DNA of 64,000 bases, from positions 16,120,001 to 16,184,000 of the forward strand of contig NC_043010.1 in the NCBI RefSeq assembly GCF_006345805.1. The letters run 5' to 3'. Positions 37,445 through 50,176 of the stretch are shown one piece after another; the first letter of the stretch is position 1, and each line of letters begins with the position of its first letter. The position numbers and the translations under genes were made by a program. The DNA is from Octopus sinensis. Lineage: Eukaryota. The notes under the pieces were generated by a model, which ran no database searches, was not told the origin of the DNA, and worked only from the letters and a program-made list of their open reading frames with translations.

Positions 37445-38105
37445 ACGGGTACAGGTGGGTAGATGAGACAGGTAGAGGTGGGTAGATGAATTGGGACAGG
37501 TAGAGGTGGGTAGATGAATTGGGACAGGTAGAGGTGGGTAGATGAATTGGGACAGGTGGGTAGATGAATTGGGAGAGGTAGAGGTGGGTAGATGAATTGG
37601 GACAGGTACAGGTGGGTAGATGAATTGGGACAGATACAGGTTGGTAGATGAATTGGGACAGGTAGAGATGGGTAGATGAATTGGGACAGATAGAGGTGGG
37701 TAAATGAATTGGGACAGGTAGAGGTGGGTAGATGAATTGGGACAGGTACAGGTGGGTAGATGAATTGGGACAGGTAGAGGTGGGTAGATGAATTGGGACA
37801 GGTAGAGGAGGGTAGATGAATTGGGACAGGTACAGGTGGGTAGATGAATTGGGACAGGTAGAGGTGGGTAGATGAATTAGGACAGGTAGAGGTGGGTAGA
37901 TGAATTGGGACAGGTAGAGGTGGGTATATCAATTGGGAGAGGTAGAGGTGGGTAGATTAATTTGGACAGGTAGAGGTGGGTAGATGAATTGGGACAGGTA
38001 GAGGTAGGTAAATGAATTTGGACAAGTAGAGGTGGGTAGATGAATTGGGAGAGGTAGAGGAGGGTAGATGAATTGGGACAGGTACAGGTGGGTAGATGAA
38101 TTGGA
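37445..38105. repeat. 28-bp G-rich minisatellite (~23 copies)
   Basis: Unit GACAGGTAGAGGTGGGTAGATGAATTGG; GACA at 37467 and 37495. Confidence 0.95.
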
Positions 38106-38759
38106 AGATAGATTTTCAAGATAGTTAAGGAAGAATCAGAAATGTTTGGCTGCCAGGATCAAGCTTTGGCAGCAATATGTTTGAGAATATCTGCCAATTT
38201 AGCTAAATGGAACTGATTCTTATCTTAGACGTAAGAAATAAAAATACCTCACCCTCCATGGAACTTTTCCTTTTAGGCTTTTATTGTAAGAATTTTCTTC
38301 TCTAAGTTACCTACCAATGCTTTGACAATCCTGATTTCTTGTGGATCATTTACCAAAGTTTGGGAACATGGTTTATAAATGAAACAACTCTGCTAAACTA
38401 ACAGAAAGCAATTTAATGATGTTGTAATTGGAATCATAAAGATGGAGGAATTGTTGAATATTCCAAGGAAATGAGATTTTCATTGTGAATTTGGTACTCA
38501 TTAGATGTAAGATGGCACTCAGTGAAACTTGGTATTCACTTTTAATCTATATAAGAAACAGTAATTAATATAATCCTTTCTACCAAGCCTGAAACTTGGG
38601 GGAGGGGCAAGTTAATTACATTGATTTATTTTACTGACCCTGAAAGGATGAAAGGCAAAGTCAACACTCACAACATTTGAACTCAGAACATAAAGTGGGG
38701 GAAATGCTGTTAAAACTTTTGACCAGTACAGTAATAATATAATACCAATCCTTATATAT

Positions 38760-38990
38760 ATTTCTTTACTACCCACAAGGGGCTAAACACAGAGGGGAAA
38801 AACAAAGACAGACAAAGGGATTAAGTCGATTACATCGACCCCAGTGCGTAACTGGTACTTAATTTATCGACCCCGAAAGGATGAAAGGCAAAGTCGACCG
38901 CAGCGGAATTTGAACTCGGGACGTAACGACAGACGAAATACAGCCACGCATTTCACCCAGCATGCTAATGTTTCTGCCAGCTCCCCACCC
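38760..38990 (-). mobile_element. SINE family B with 22-bp TSD
   Basis: TATAATACCAATCCTTATATAT at 38738-38759 and 38993-39014. Confidence 0.9.
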
Positions 38991-39376
38991 TCTATAATAC
39001 CAATCCTTATATATGTTCAATGTGTGCTAAGGTCATAATATTCTAAATTTTAGTTAATCCTCTCCAAAGTTTACAGACAATATGTAATGGTGGAATAAAC
39101 AGAACACTGAATAAAAGTACTTTGTTATTATTTAGTTACGATCCCTTTATGTTCAGAGTTGAAATTTATCCTACTGCCAGGACCTACTTATTACCCCTCT
39201 CCAGAGGGGTAAATAAAAAAGTACCAGTAATACAACTGATACAATTAACTATGCCTCTTCCTTAGTATTTGTAGCTTTGTCCTTAAAAGAGAAAACAATA
39301 TTTATCTATAATGAAATAAGTGCAGTAAAAGAGAACTGTACTGCCGGCTTTAGAATTAGTTTCTGAAAAAAAATTT

Positions 39377-39801
39377 GGATCTTTCTGGTTTGAACGGCAG
39401 TTTTTAACATAATTTCTTGGTAACTAAAAAATTTTAAACTTCGTATACTGGTAGAATGTGTTTATAAAACATTTTTTCTCTTGGCTTTATTGAGAAAATT
39501 CTATAGTTTGTAAGATATTTGTTGTTTTTTTCTTCAATTTCTGCAATTTCAACCAATCAGTGACGTCCATTGAGGTAAAAAAAAAACATTCTGTGCCGTA
39601 TGAATATGTCCCCCATTTAAGAAACAGATTGGGTTTATTCACATTTCTGAAGATAAAAAGATACCCTTCCCCCCACCCCTAACCCTAACCCTGACCCTAA
39701 AACAGACTGAAATGCAATAGATCAATACTAGGGTCATAATTATGGGTGACAATTTCATATGACACCGCTAGAAAAAACTGCCGTTCAAACCGAAAAGATC
39801 C
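39377..39801 (+). mobile_element. GGATC-ended MITE copy 2, TSD AAAAATT(T/C)
   Basis: Same TIRs and body as copy 1. Confidence 0.92.
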
Positions 39802-40062
39802 AAAAATTCTAATTCAGTCAATTAAATATTTTTAAGAAATCTGGAAATATTTTCAAAACTCCTTCTGTTTCAGCTATTCAAAGCCAGAACGTGTATACTT
39901 CTCCTGAAAATCAATAGCTCTTTGTTAAATTAGTTGCCATGGTGTCTGGGAAGTCTTGCTCTGTTAGTCGTTGTTGAATAGCTCCTGTCAGCATTGATCA
40001 AACATATGGCACATGGGGAGTTGTTTGAGTGTCTGGGTTTAATCCATATTACCTGACTTCCT

Positions 40063-40178
40063 GATATATTACAACAGGGCAGATATATTGTGACAGGACA
40101 GGTATACTGTGACCTGGCAGAAATACTGTTGACAGGGCAGATATATTGTGGCATGGTAGATATATTGTGACACAGCAG
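40063..40178. repeat. degenerate 19-bp minisatellite x6
   Basis: Consensus GATATATTGTGACAGGGCA. Confidence 0.75.
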
Positions 40179-41049
40179 TTATGATAAAGGAATAGAATGA
40201 TGACAAAATTTGTTTCAGTCAACCATGTGAGTCCCATCAGAAATCCATAACTATTTCAAAAGTAAGCACCAGTGTGTAAGTATGGGTGTGTAAGGAATAG
40301 AATACAAACAAGAAGGAAGCTCTTATATGGTCTTTCAACAAATTAAAAATAGCAGCCAAACCTCTACATAAAATGACAGAGTGTGATTTAAGAGAGATTT
40401 GACTGCTGTTTCTAATTGTGTTCTATTACTTGTGCACACACATAATGGTGCTTACTTTTGAAATAGTTGTGGATTTCTGATAGGATTTCTCATAGGATTG
40501 GTTGAAACAGTTATAAGACATATGCAGTTCTGCATAACCCTTAGAGTACATAACCCTATACAGTATAATTAATATATTTGTCTCTTTCTGTGAAATATAG
40601 TCTTACTGTTGAGTGAAAAGCAGGAAATATTCTTCAGATCCTTAGCATCATTTTTGAGTTATCCAACTGAGTGTAGAATTTCCAACCCTGTCAGGGTTTG
40701 TTAAATCCAATTGCCACAATGCCCAGGAAAAGTGGCTTATAACCCTTGTATAAAAAACTCTAACTTAATTCAAGCAGAGTGAAGAACTGTTAAGGTTTAA
40801 ATACTTACAATTTCACCAATACTGTATCAATAGTTATTGAAAATTATGTTTATGAATATCTTTCGCAAGATTTCTGACGTGAAATCATGTGTTGAAACAG
40901 ATATTGTTATATTTTGGGACGGTCATTTTTTATCTTGCCAAATAAACACACAGACTGTATATTCTTTCTTCACTTGTTTATTACTGTTCTTATTCTAATT
41001 CATGTCCATTGTCCGGAAATCTTTTTATCTAGACCTGTGACCTCTTCAG

Positions 41050-41845
41050 ACCAAGCAGAAGATAGATAGGCCAACACATGGTATGACAACCAAAAATACC
41101 AGAGTGTCATGTTTGTTGATGCTACCACTGGAGGCAAACTAGCATATCTCTTTAGGAAAGCATTAGATAAGGTAAATCTATGGATTAAAGTAGAAGGCCA
41201 AGAATCCCTATAAAATCCTTGATCTGTAGAACATGTCTACTCAATAGGTCCTCATGTATGAAGAACAACTGTATAGTGTGTCAGATGAACTCACAGGTTA
41301 ACTGTGTAGAGGCACATGGCCTAGTGGTTAGAGCAGCGGACTCGTGGTCGAGGGATTGCAGGTTCAAATCTCAGACCGGCCAATGTGTGTGTTTATGAGC
41401 GAAACACCTAAGCTCCACATGGCTCCGGCAGAAGGTAATGGCGAAACATCTGCTGACTCTTTCGCCACAACTTTCTCTCACTCTTTCCTCCTGCATCTTA
41501 CAGCTCACCTGCGATGGACCGGCGTCCCGTCCAGGTGGGGAACCTATACACCAAGAAACCGGGAAACCGGCCCTTATGAGCCAGGCATGGCTCAAGAAGG
41601 AACAAACAACAAACAGGTTAACGGTAGCATAGGGGAGCAGATAGGTGAACACTGGTGGGAGCTCAAAGAGAAGAAAGACTCATCAGTGCTCTACCAACAT
41701 TGTCAATTAGGACATAGAGGTTTGGTTAATGACATAAACGTTAAGGTATTATCAACACATAGAACAGACACATCACTTAAATTACAATGGCCATACACGT
41801 AATAATAGACTGAACTTCAACAGAAAACATGAATGGAACAAGACC
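41050..41845 (+). mobile_element. decayed Penelope-like element 3' region (linker plus GIY-YIG C-terminal half), split by a SINE
   Basis: WYDNQKYQSVMFVDATTGGKLA...RKAL, Cys-rich CMKNNCIVC, then after the SINE IGEQIGEH...SVLYQHC..GH.G...KVLSTH, ending NRKHEWN. Confidence 0.6.
41310..41612 (+). mobile_element. SINE family C
   Basis: As 34467. Confidence 0.85.
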
Positions 41846-41949
41846 ACTCACCTCCAATGTACAATGCAACATGACGGCTGAAGACAGAAGGGGGGAAGAA
41901 AGAAACATACATAATACATAAACCCATACACACACACACACACACACAA

Positions 41950-42252
41950 GAGACACATGGCCTAGTGGTTAGAGCAGCAGACACACGGTTGAAGGATTGT
42001 GGGTTCGAATCTCAGACTGGGCGATGTGTGTGTTTATGAGCGAAACACCTAAGCTTCACGCGGCTCCGGCAGAAGGTAATGGTGAAACTTCTGCTGACTC
42101 TTTTGCCACAACTTTCTCTCACTCTTTCTTCCTGCATCTTGCAACTCACCTGCGACAGACCGGCGTCCCGTCCAGGTGGGGAACCTACACACCAAGAAAC
42201 TGGGAAACCAGCCCTTATGAGCCAGGCATGGCTCGAGAAGGAATAAACAACA
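41950..42252 (+). mobile_element. SINE family C
   Basis: As 34467. Confidence 0.85.
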
Positions 42253-42520
42253 ATGCCAGCCTCATCTGGCACCTGTGTCGTGGAACATAAAAAACACCAT
42301 CCGAGCGTGGCCGTTCGCCAGCCTCGTCTGGCACCTGTGTCGGTGGCACATAAAAATCACCCACTACACTCTCGGAGTGGTTGGCGTTAGGAAGGGCATC
42401 CAGCTGTAGAAACACTGCCAGATCTGACTGGTCTGGTGCAGCCTTCGGGCTCCCCAGACCCCAGTTGAACCGTCCAACCCATGCTAGCATGGAAAACGGA
42501 CGCTAAATGAATGATGATGT
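42253..42520 (+). mobile_element. RTE 3' tail element
   Basis: Nearly identical to 135-405. Confidence 0.82.
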
Positions 42521-42602
42521 AAGATGGAATAAAAAATAAAGAAAATAGAGATAATTAAGTAAATAAATGAAAAATAAAAATTATAAATAAAGAAAAAACT
42601 AT

Positions 42603-42850
42603 ATCAAGCCAAGTGAAATCATAGTCATGGTAGACACTGGTGTCACACAACTGGCACCCATGCCAGTGGCATATAAAAGCACCCATTACACTCTTGGAGT
42701 GGTTGGCATTAGGAAGGGCATCCAGCCATAGAGACCATGCCAGATCAGATTGGGGCCTGGTGCAGCCTTCCAGCTTGCCAGCTCTGGTCAAACCATCCAA
42801 CCCATGCTAGCATGGACAATGGACATTAAATGATGATGATGATGATGATA
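42603..42850 (+). mobile_element. RTE 3' tail element
   Basis: Conserved terminus and (GAT)n. Confidence 0.75.
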
Positions 42851-42959
42851 TAGAAAGAGCACAGATACAAACAATATAGTAAGCACACCCATATACACAC
42901 ACACAAAACATACAAAACACATAGACATGCATATACACATGCACGCACACACACATGCA

Positions 42960-43275
42960 TCATCATCATCATCATCATCGTTTAGTATCTGCTTTCCATG
43001 CTAGCATGGGTTGGACGGTTCAACTGGGGTCTGGGAAGCCAGAAGGCTGCACCAGGCCCAGTTTGATCTGGCAATATTTCTACGGCTGGATGCCCTTCCT
43101 AACGCCAACTACTCCATGAGTGTAGTGGATGCTTTTTACGTGCCACCGGCACAGGTGCCAGATGAGTCTGGCAAACAGTCACGATCAGATGGTGCTTTTT
43201 ATGTGCCACCAGCACGGGGGCAGCACTGGCAACGGCCACGAACGGATGGTGCTTTTTACGTGCCACCGGCACGAG
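42960..43275 (-). mobile_element. RTE 3' tail element
   Basis: (CAT)n plus conserved terminus plus 2-3 internal units. Confidence 0.8.
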
Positions 43276-43647
43276 GCATACAAATAAAAAAACCAAAAAA
43301 TGACCTTCCCAAAATAAAACAATATTTTTTTAAAATTAATATCATGAAATATGATTATTTGTCTAAAATATAGGCATTGTCTCTTTCAGTTTGTTCAGAG
43401 CATTGAGAAATTAGAAAATAAATGTTTTTAAGAAACTGAAAAATGAAATGAAATATTGAACAGGTAACATCTTCTCAGACAGGAAAACATGAATGGAATC
43501 AACTTTGGGAGTTGAACCATTTGTCTGCTGAAGACTGGACGACTGTGATCTATGGGGTCAGTTTATGGAATAAAGTTACAATGTATTGTATTCCATGAAA
43601 GCAAACAAAACCAGTTATAAACTTAAAGAACTGTGAGGTTTTTATTT

Positions 43648-44057
43648 GGATCTTTTCGGTTTGAACAGCAGTTTTTAACATAATTTCTAGGTAACTAAAA
43701 AATTTTAAACTTCGTATTACTGGTAGAATGTGTTTATAAAACATCTTTTTCTCTTGGCTTTATTGAGAAAATTCTATAGTTTGTAAGATATTTGTTGTTT
43801 TTTGTTCAATCACTGCAATTTCAACCAATCACTGACGTCTATTGAGGTAAAAAAACATTCTGTGCCGTATGAATATGTCCCTCGTTTAAGAAACAGATTG
43901 GGTTTATTTACATTTGTGAAGAAAAAAAGATACTTTCCCCCCAACCCTAACCCTAAAACAGATTGAAATGCAATAGATCGATACTAGGGTCATAATTATG
44001 GGTGACAATTTCATATGACACTGCTAGAAAAAACTGCCGTTCAAACCGAAAAGATCC
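43648..44057 (+). mobile_element. GGATC-ended MITE copy 3, TSD TTTTATTT
   Basis: TIRs, with an 8-bp duplication at 43640-47 and 44058-65. Confidence 0.93.
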
Positions 44058-45003
44058 TTTTATTTCATTTGGGTTTCATTTGTTATGTGTGGCATCCATC
44101 ATGAAAAAAGTATTTAATGCCATATTTTCCTCTGCTTTGACTTCATTTTCCAGGCCAGTAAATGTTGCATATCTTAATAGTCTTAATTTTGTACGTGTTG
44201 CTATAGCAGAATATCTCAATTAGCAAATGAATAAATAAAATGTTGACAATGATAAGTAACAGACCATTTAATAATAATTTGTCCTCAATACATCTCTCTC
44301 TGCAATCATTTCATTCTATAAAACTTACTTAGTACATGAGACAGCCACTCAACTGTAATAATTTCACTCATGGCTAACAAAATACTGGCTCTCTCCTTCA
44401 CCACCACCACCACCACCATCACTGTGATTATTTTCAAACAAAAACATATTTAGACTTATGTAACTCTTTTACAATTGATTATTGCTTTACTTTCATTAAT
44501 TTATTTCCATTTATTTCTTTTCTGCAACACCATTTTTAACTCGGGTTTTCTTTCAAATTTTAAATCTTTGAATCTATTAATTTGTCTCATTCAACCCCCA
44601 GGTTTTCCTTTTTCTCCTTTTTCTACTTTATATCAGATTATTTAACCAATTCTCACCATTATTTATTTTTCATTGTATTCTTTATAAAGACAGCTTAGCC
44701 TGGTGTCTCTGGCATTGATAACACTTTCTTCTGTAGCCCTTTCATCTCATCTTCCAAATCATACACCCCCTCCTTACTTATTTCTTATGATTTCATAACC
44801 AGATGATGTCTCAATAGAAACCTGATATCTGTAGATACATGCATTCTTCTGGATCTATCATACTGCTGCATTCCATAGACTGATCTTATTCATGCATGCA
44901 TGCATATATACATACATACATACATACATACATACATACATACATACATACATTATGGCTGCCCCCTCGTTATCGAGTATGGCCATTGCACGAAGCTTAA
45001 CTG

Positions 45004-45480
45004 TTACTGGTGCTGTGATCGAATGTGACTTTTTAGCCCAGCTAAAGATCTACAATGTTTTGTACAAAATTGGCAACTAAAACCTTTACCGGTAATAGCC
45101 GGCTGTAGTTGTAACTGGGCTTCATGTACCTTTGCATGTCGTTTAAGTCCTCCTGCCAAATTACACTCTCTTCCACATGCCCAACAGATATGATTAGTAT
45201 GGTGTGTTACACCACCACCAGTGGCCAGGTTGTCACTCATCTGTCTCGCTTTATGACTATGAAGATGACTCTTGAGTCCAGCTTTACTGAGGCAGTGTCT
45301 TGCACAGACACTGCATGTCAGCATCATAGGAAGACCCTTCCCATCTGGAAGTGTAACAGTGATGGCCTTCCTGACATCCCTCCTTACTTTCTCATGTGCA
45401 ACTCGAGATTTCTGAAAAGTGGCTGTCCCCTCGTGCACAATCCTTCTCCACCTGCTACGATCAATAGCTATGCCTTCCCA
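45004..45480 (-). pseudogene. RTE/BovB-like ORF2 C-terminus with three C2H2 zinc fingers (5'-truncated retroelement, ~44957-45480)
   Basis: [18 protein letters not shown] (RTE terminal motif), then CSVCARHCLSKAGLKSHLHSH, CWACGRECNLAGGLKRHAKVH and CQFCTKHCRSLAGLKSHIRSQH. Flanked by (TACA)n. Confidence 0.8.
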
Positions 45481-45539
45481 TACATACATACATACATACA
45501 TACATACATACATACATACATACATACATACACACATAC

Positions 45540-45815
45540 ATCATCATTGTTTAATGTCAATCTTCCATGCTGGCATGGGTGGGATGGTTTCACAAGAGCC
45601 GGCCAGGCCAAAGCCTGCAGGATTTTTACAGCTGGATTCCCTTCCTGACACCAACCACTCAACAGAGTGGACTTAGTACTTTTTATGTGGCACAAGCACA
45701 GACGAGGTCAGTTTTGGCAAGGTTTTCACAGCTGGATACCCTTCCAAACACCCAGTGTGGACTGGGTGCTTTTAAGTGGCACCAACACTGACAGGGTCAC
45801 CAAGTACTTACAAGA
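45540..45815 (-). mobile_element. RTE 3' tail element, diverged
   Basis: CTTCCATGCTGGCATGGGT...CCTTCCTGACACCAACCAC. Confidence 0.6.
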
Positions 45816-46083
45816 CAAAAAAAAACTAGCTTTTAAGAGGGAAGGAGGCATTGGAGGAAGTGATGATGAAAAGGTTATAGTGAGATAGATACAGGAGTCT
45901 TGCTGTAGAGGAAGTATAAGATTACCTGGCCGGTGAAAGATCAGGAATGAAGACAGAAACAGGTGTTCTACTATAAAGAAAATACACGGTTGGCCAACTT
46001 GAGCGAAGTGCAGGAGAAGGAGAGAGAGAGAGATAGGAAGGAAGAGAGAGAGAGAGCTAGAGAGGGGGAGAGAGAGAGAGAGA

Positions 46084-46120
<37 letters not shown>

Positions 46121-46356
46121 AGACAGCAAGATAGAGATGGTGGCAAAGTGCTGGGCATAGTTACAAGAGACAGGGATCAGAGTATAAATGGGATGGTTGA
46201 GCAAAGGAAGAGAGAGATATAGAGAGATAGAGAGTGGGAAGTGCCAGGGCATAGCCTTGAGGTTCAAATGCCATAATATGAGTGACAGGATATTGCGAAG
46301 CGAGTGCAATTAAAGAGTGTGAGTAAGAGGCAAAAGACCTCGGTATATATAGAGTT

Positions 46357-46596
46357 GGCGGTGGGGAGCTGGCAGAAATGTCAGCACGCCGGGTGAAATG
46401 TGTAGCTGTATTTCGTCTGTCGTTATGTTGTGAGTTCAAATTCCGCCGAGGTCGAGGTCGACTTTGCCTTTCATCCTTTCGGGGTCGATTAAATAAGTAC
46501 CAGTTACGCACTGGGATCGATATAATCGACTTAATCCATTTGTCTGTCCTTGTTTGTCCCCTCTGTGTTTAGCCCCTTGTGGCTAATAAAGAAATA
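46357..46596 (+). mobile_element. SINE family B with ~17-bp TSD
   Basis: GGTATATATAGAGTTGG at 46342-58 and 46597-613. Confidence 0.88.
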
Positions 46597-47039
46597 GGTA
46601 TATATAGAGTTGGAAGGGCTGCTGGATAGCAATGATACAGAGGAACAGGGGTGTGAGGACAGGATTGGGGAGTAAGAGCTAGGCATAGTGAATGAAGGAG
46701 GAAATGTGAGAAAGAGAAAAGATGTAAATTGGTTTGTGGGGTAGGGTGAGTAAAAAGTTTTCTTGTTCTGTGTGGGTGGAACACCCAGGTTGGGGGCTAG
46801 CAAATGGCAATAATAGAGTGAGACAAGGCATGTGGGTAAAACGCACAGGTTGGGGGCAAGCAGAGAACAATGATACAGTGGCACAGGGCCAAGAGGGCAG
46901 GATTGAGGAGTGGGAGGTAATCACAGTTCATGAAATGTAAACATGAGGAAGAGAAGGGATGTAGAGACATAGTTTGGTTTGTTGTGGTAGAAAGTGTGAG
47001 AAGTTTTCTACACAGCACTTCTAGAACTGTTTTTGCTGA

Positions 47040-48600
47040 TGTGGGTGGGTCTTCTCAAGAACTTCATATCACCAAACATCTTGGTCCATGGTCATTTTTT
47101 CCGTGAGGTCCAACTTCCTGAGATCGGTCCTTACCACTTCATCTCATGTCTTCCTGGGCCTCTCTCTTCCATGGGTACCATCCACTTTCAGAGATCAGCA
47201 CTTCTTTATGCAGCTGTCCTCATTCATACACATCACATGTCCAAACCAATGTCATCTTCTCTCTTACTTGCTACATTTGATTCCTCTTATGCCCAACTTT
47301 TCTCTCAATACATTTGCACTTTGATGTACATGTGCACATCAAATGGAGCATACTAACTTCGTTTCTCTCCAATCTATGCATGTCTTCTGCATTCAGAGCC
47401 CATGTCTCACTACCATGGAGTTTAGCCATTTACACACAAGCATCATATAGTCTACCTTTCATTCTGAGAGAGAGTTCTTTTGTTGCCAACAGAGGGGTAA
47501 TAGCTTCTGAACTTCCTCCACCCTATTCTTATTCTACAAACAATACTTTCAGAGCATCCTCCACCATTGCTAATTTGGTCACCTAGGTAACAAAACTATC
47601 TTCAACCTCAAGAGAGCCTCCTGGGCATTTGGGAGAATCAATTCCTGTGTGCTCTTAGTGCCTATTGTTCCCTGCACACTGCCACATACAAAGATGACTT
47701 TATCTGTTAATCTACTGTGATTCCACTGCATCCTTCTGTTTACACTGGCTACAACAGATGGAATTTCTTCCAGCCCCTTCCTACATACTGAGCAGGGCCA
47801 TTTACCTGATTGAGAGTTTTATCTTCTTTCTTACTAAAAACAGTTGTGTCTTGCTAGGTAACTTAAGGTCCTTTGATTCCAGGTTTTGTTTCTCATTCCT
47901 GAATTTCTTCTCCAATTCTGCAATAAGAGCAAGGTCATCAGCACACCCAATCTTGAATTCCTCCGTTATGGCCTGGAGGACTATAATGAATAAGAGGGGG
48001 TTGAGAACTGAGCCCTGATGAACCCCTACCGAACACTAAATTCATCACTATATTCATGGCTAACTCTCACCACTGACAGCACACTGTACAATGGTTTGGA
48101 CAGCTCTAACAACCATTCCTCTACTCCTAACGCCTTAGAGACCAACATATAAACAGAGTGGGGAACTCTGTCAAAAGCTTTCTCTAGGTTGTGAAAAGGC
48201 TAAGTACAATGGCTTACTTTTGGCCATTTTCTGCAGCTGTCTCACTAGGAAGATGACATCTGTGGTACTCTTTCCAGGTACAAAACCAAACTGCATCTCA
48301 TCTAGTTTAATTCTATTTCTAATCAGTTGAGCTATAACCCCTCTCAGCAATTTTCATGATTTGATCTAGCAGTTTAATATCTCTGTAGTTGTTTCTATCT
48401 AAGGCATCGCCTTTACCCTTGTAGCAGCTAACTATAATGTTACTACACCAGTTGTTGGGGATGGTGCCTTTCTGAATAACCTGATTAACTATAATGGTGA
48501 TTAAGCTGTATCCTACGCCACTGGCAATTTTAATCATCTCAGCAATGATTCCTGATGGCCCAGGAGCTTTCCCTGTTTTCATGTCCTTAATTGCCTTATA
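47040..48600 (-). mobile_element. RTE LINE fragment, decayed
   Basis: KAPGPSGIIAEMIK, NYRDIKLLDQ, GSVLNPLLFII; collinear with 1130-2730. Confidence 0.87.
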
Positions 48601-48610
48601 CATATATATA

Positions 48611-49876
48611 TGTTCCAAATTTAAGGCAACCTGCTTTTTTGAATTTTGCCAAAGCAAAATATTGTTATATTTTAGGTTCAAGTATTGCAGTGCAATGGTA
48701 AAGGAAACAATTATGACACTACAACATTTATTCGATAAGACCACCTCTGTTTCGAATCACAGCCTTAAGTCTAGGTGTGAATGCTTCACACACAGTACAT
48801 TGGTCTTCTGGAATCAAAGCTCATTTTGGGTGCAGTTTTGCCTTCAGAGCGTCGAGTGAAGCATGAGGAGTACTGAGACCCTTGTCTCCAAAATAAACCA
48901 AACAGAAAAATCCAATGGGTTAAGATTGGGGCTTCTTGAGGGCCATACATCATTGCTTTGGATGGAATGCTTTTCTAAATCCAATGTTGTGTCTGTTTGG
49001 AGCTGTGGGATGGTGCTGAGTCCTGTTGGAATCTCCAAGGTGTGCCTTGAAAGTGCTCATGCACCCATGGAGGCAGTTCAGCTTCCAGAATGTTGCTAAT
49101 GTAATGCTGGGTGTTAATTTTAACACCTGAGGGCACAAAAATTAGGTGAGATCTTCCCGTGGCTGTCACAGTTGACCAAATCATAACTGACTGTGGACTT
49201 TGACATCAATTTACGAGTATACTCTCGACAGAGCCAGATACAGTCCAAAGTTGGTCATTCTGGTGGTTTACTGTCAGTTTGATGTCAAATTTCTTTTCAT
49301 CAGTGAATGCCAAGTTGGGCAGTGTGCCTTCAGCAATCTGATGCAGGATAAGATGACTTCTCTCCAGTCTCATGGTCTTATAAACTTGCATCAGCTCACG
49401 ACAGTGGACCATCTTGTAGGGGTGGGTCCTAAGATCCTCCTTCAGCACTTGATACATCGATATTTGGCTTATTTTTGCAGTAGCCGCCAGTTTACTGATG
49501 AAACAACGAGGATGTTGACGTATCTTTTCTTTGGCATTTTTGATAAGCTGTGGGGTCCACACACTTCTTTTTCAGCCACGTTTAGGTTGATCAGCAGTGG
49601 AACCAGTCTCATCAAATTTCTTGGCAATCTTCCAGACTGTTGTTTGGTTAATTTTAAACATTTTTTGCTGTAGCTGTATTACTTTTGCCTCCTTTGTGGA
49701 GGACTAGGATTGTATTTTGATCTATAGCCATTATCTAATTTATGAATCTGGATTTATTTAGTCTGAAACAAAAAGAAGACACACTAAGTTTTTATAACGA
49801 TCACATTTATCTCATCAAATTTATTGGTAGTAACTAAAGCCAGAAACTTTGGTTGCCTTAATTTAAGGACACCCTG
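48611..49876 (-). mobile_element. second maT/DD37D-type Tc1/mariner element, decayed
   Basis: 5' TIR CAGGGTGTCCTTAAATTAAGGCAACC (reverse complement, ends 49876); eroded TIR TGTTCCAAATTTAAGGCAACC at 48611. Transposase pieces FTDEKKF, VMIWSTV, FQQDSAPSH, WPSRSPNLNPLDFSVW. Confidence 0.85.
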
Positions 49877-49881
49877 TGTGA

Positions 49882-49916
<35 letters not shown>

Positions 49917-50143
49917 ATATTTATAAATTAAATTAGAGATAAAACCACTATTAAGCAAATATAATATACAAACTATAATTTTGTATATTATATTAATTAT
50001 ATTTATTTTTATGTTTTGGTTTAGGTTTTTCACTGTTTGATTTGCCTAATAGTGGTTTTATCTCAAATTTATTTTATATTTATACTGTGAAATTTGATTT
50101 AATCCTAAATCTAATTTTTCCCTGTAAGTTTGGATTTACTCCC

Positions 50144-50176
<33 letters not shown>

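Noticed and set aside
37414-38119. Pro-rich repeat protein ORFs
   Set aside because: Read-through of the 28-bp minisatellite cycling through frames; no gene context.
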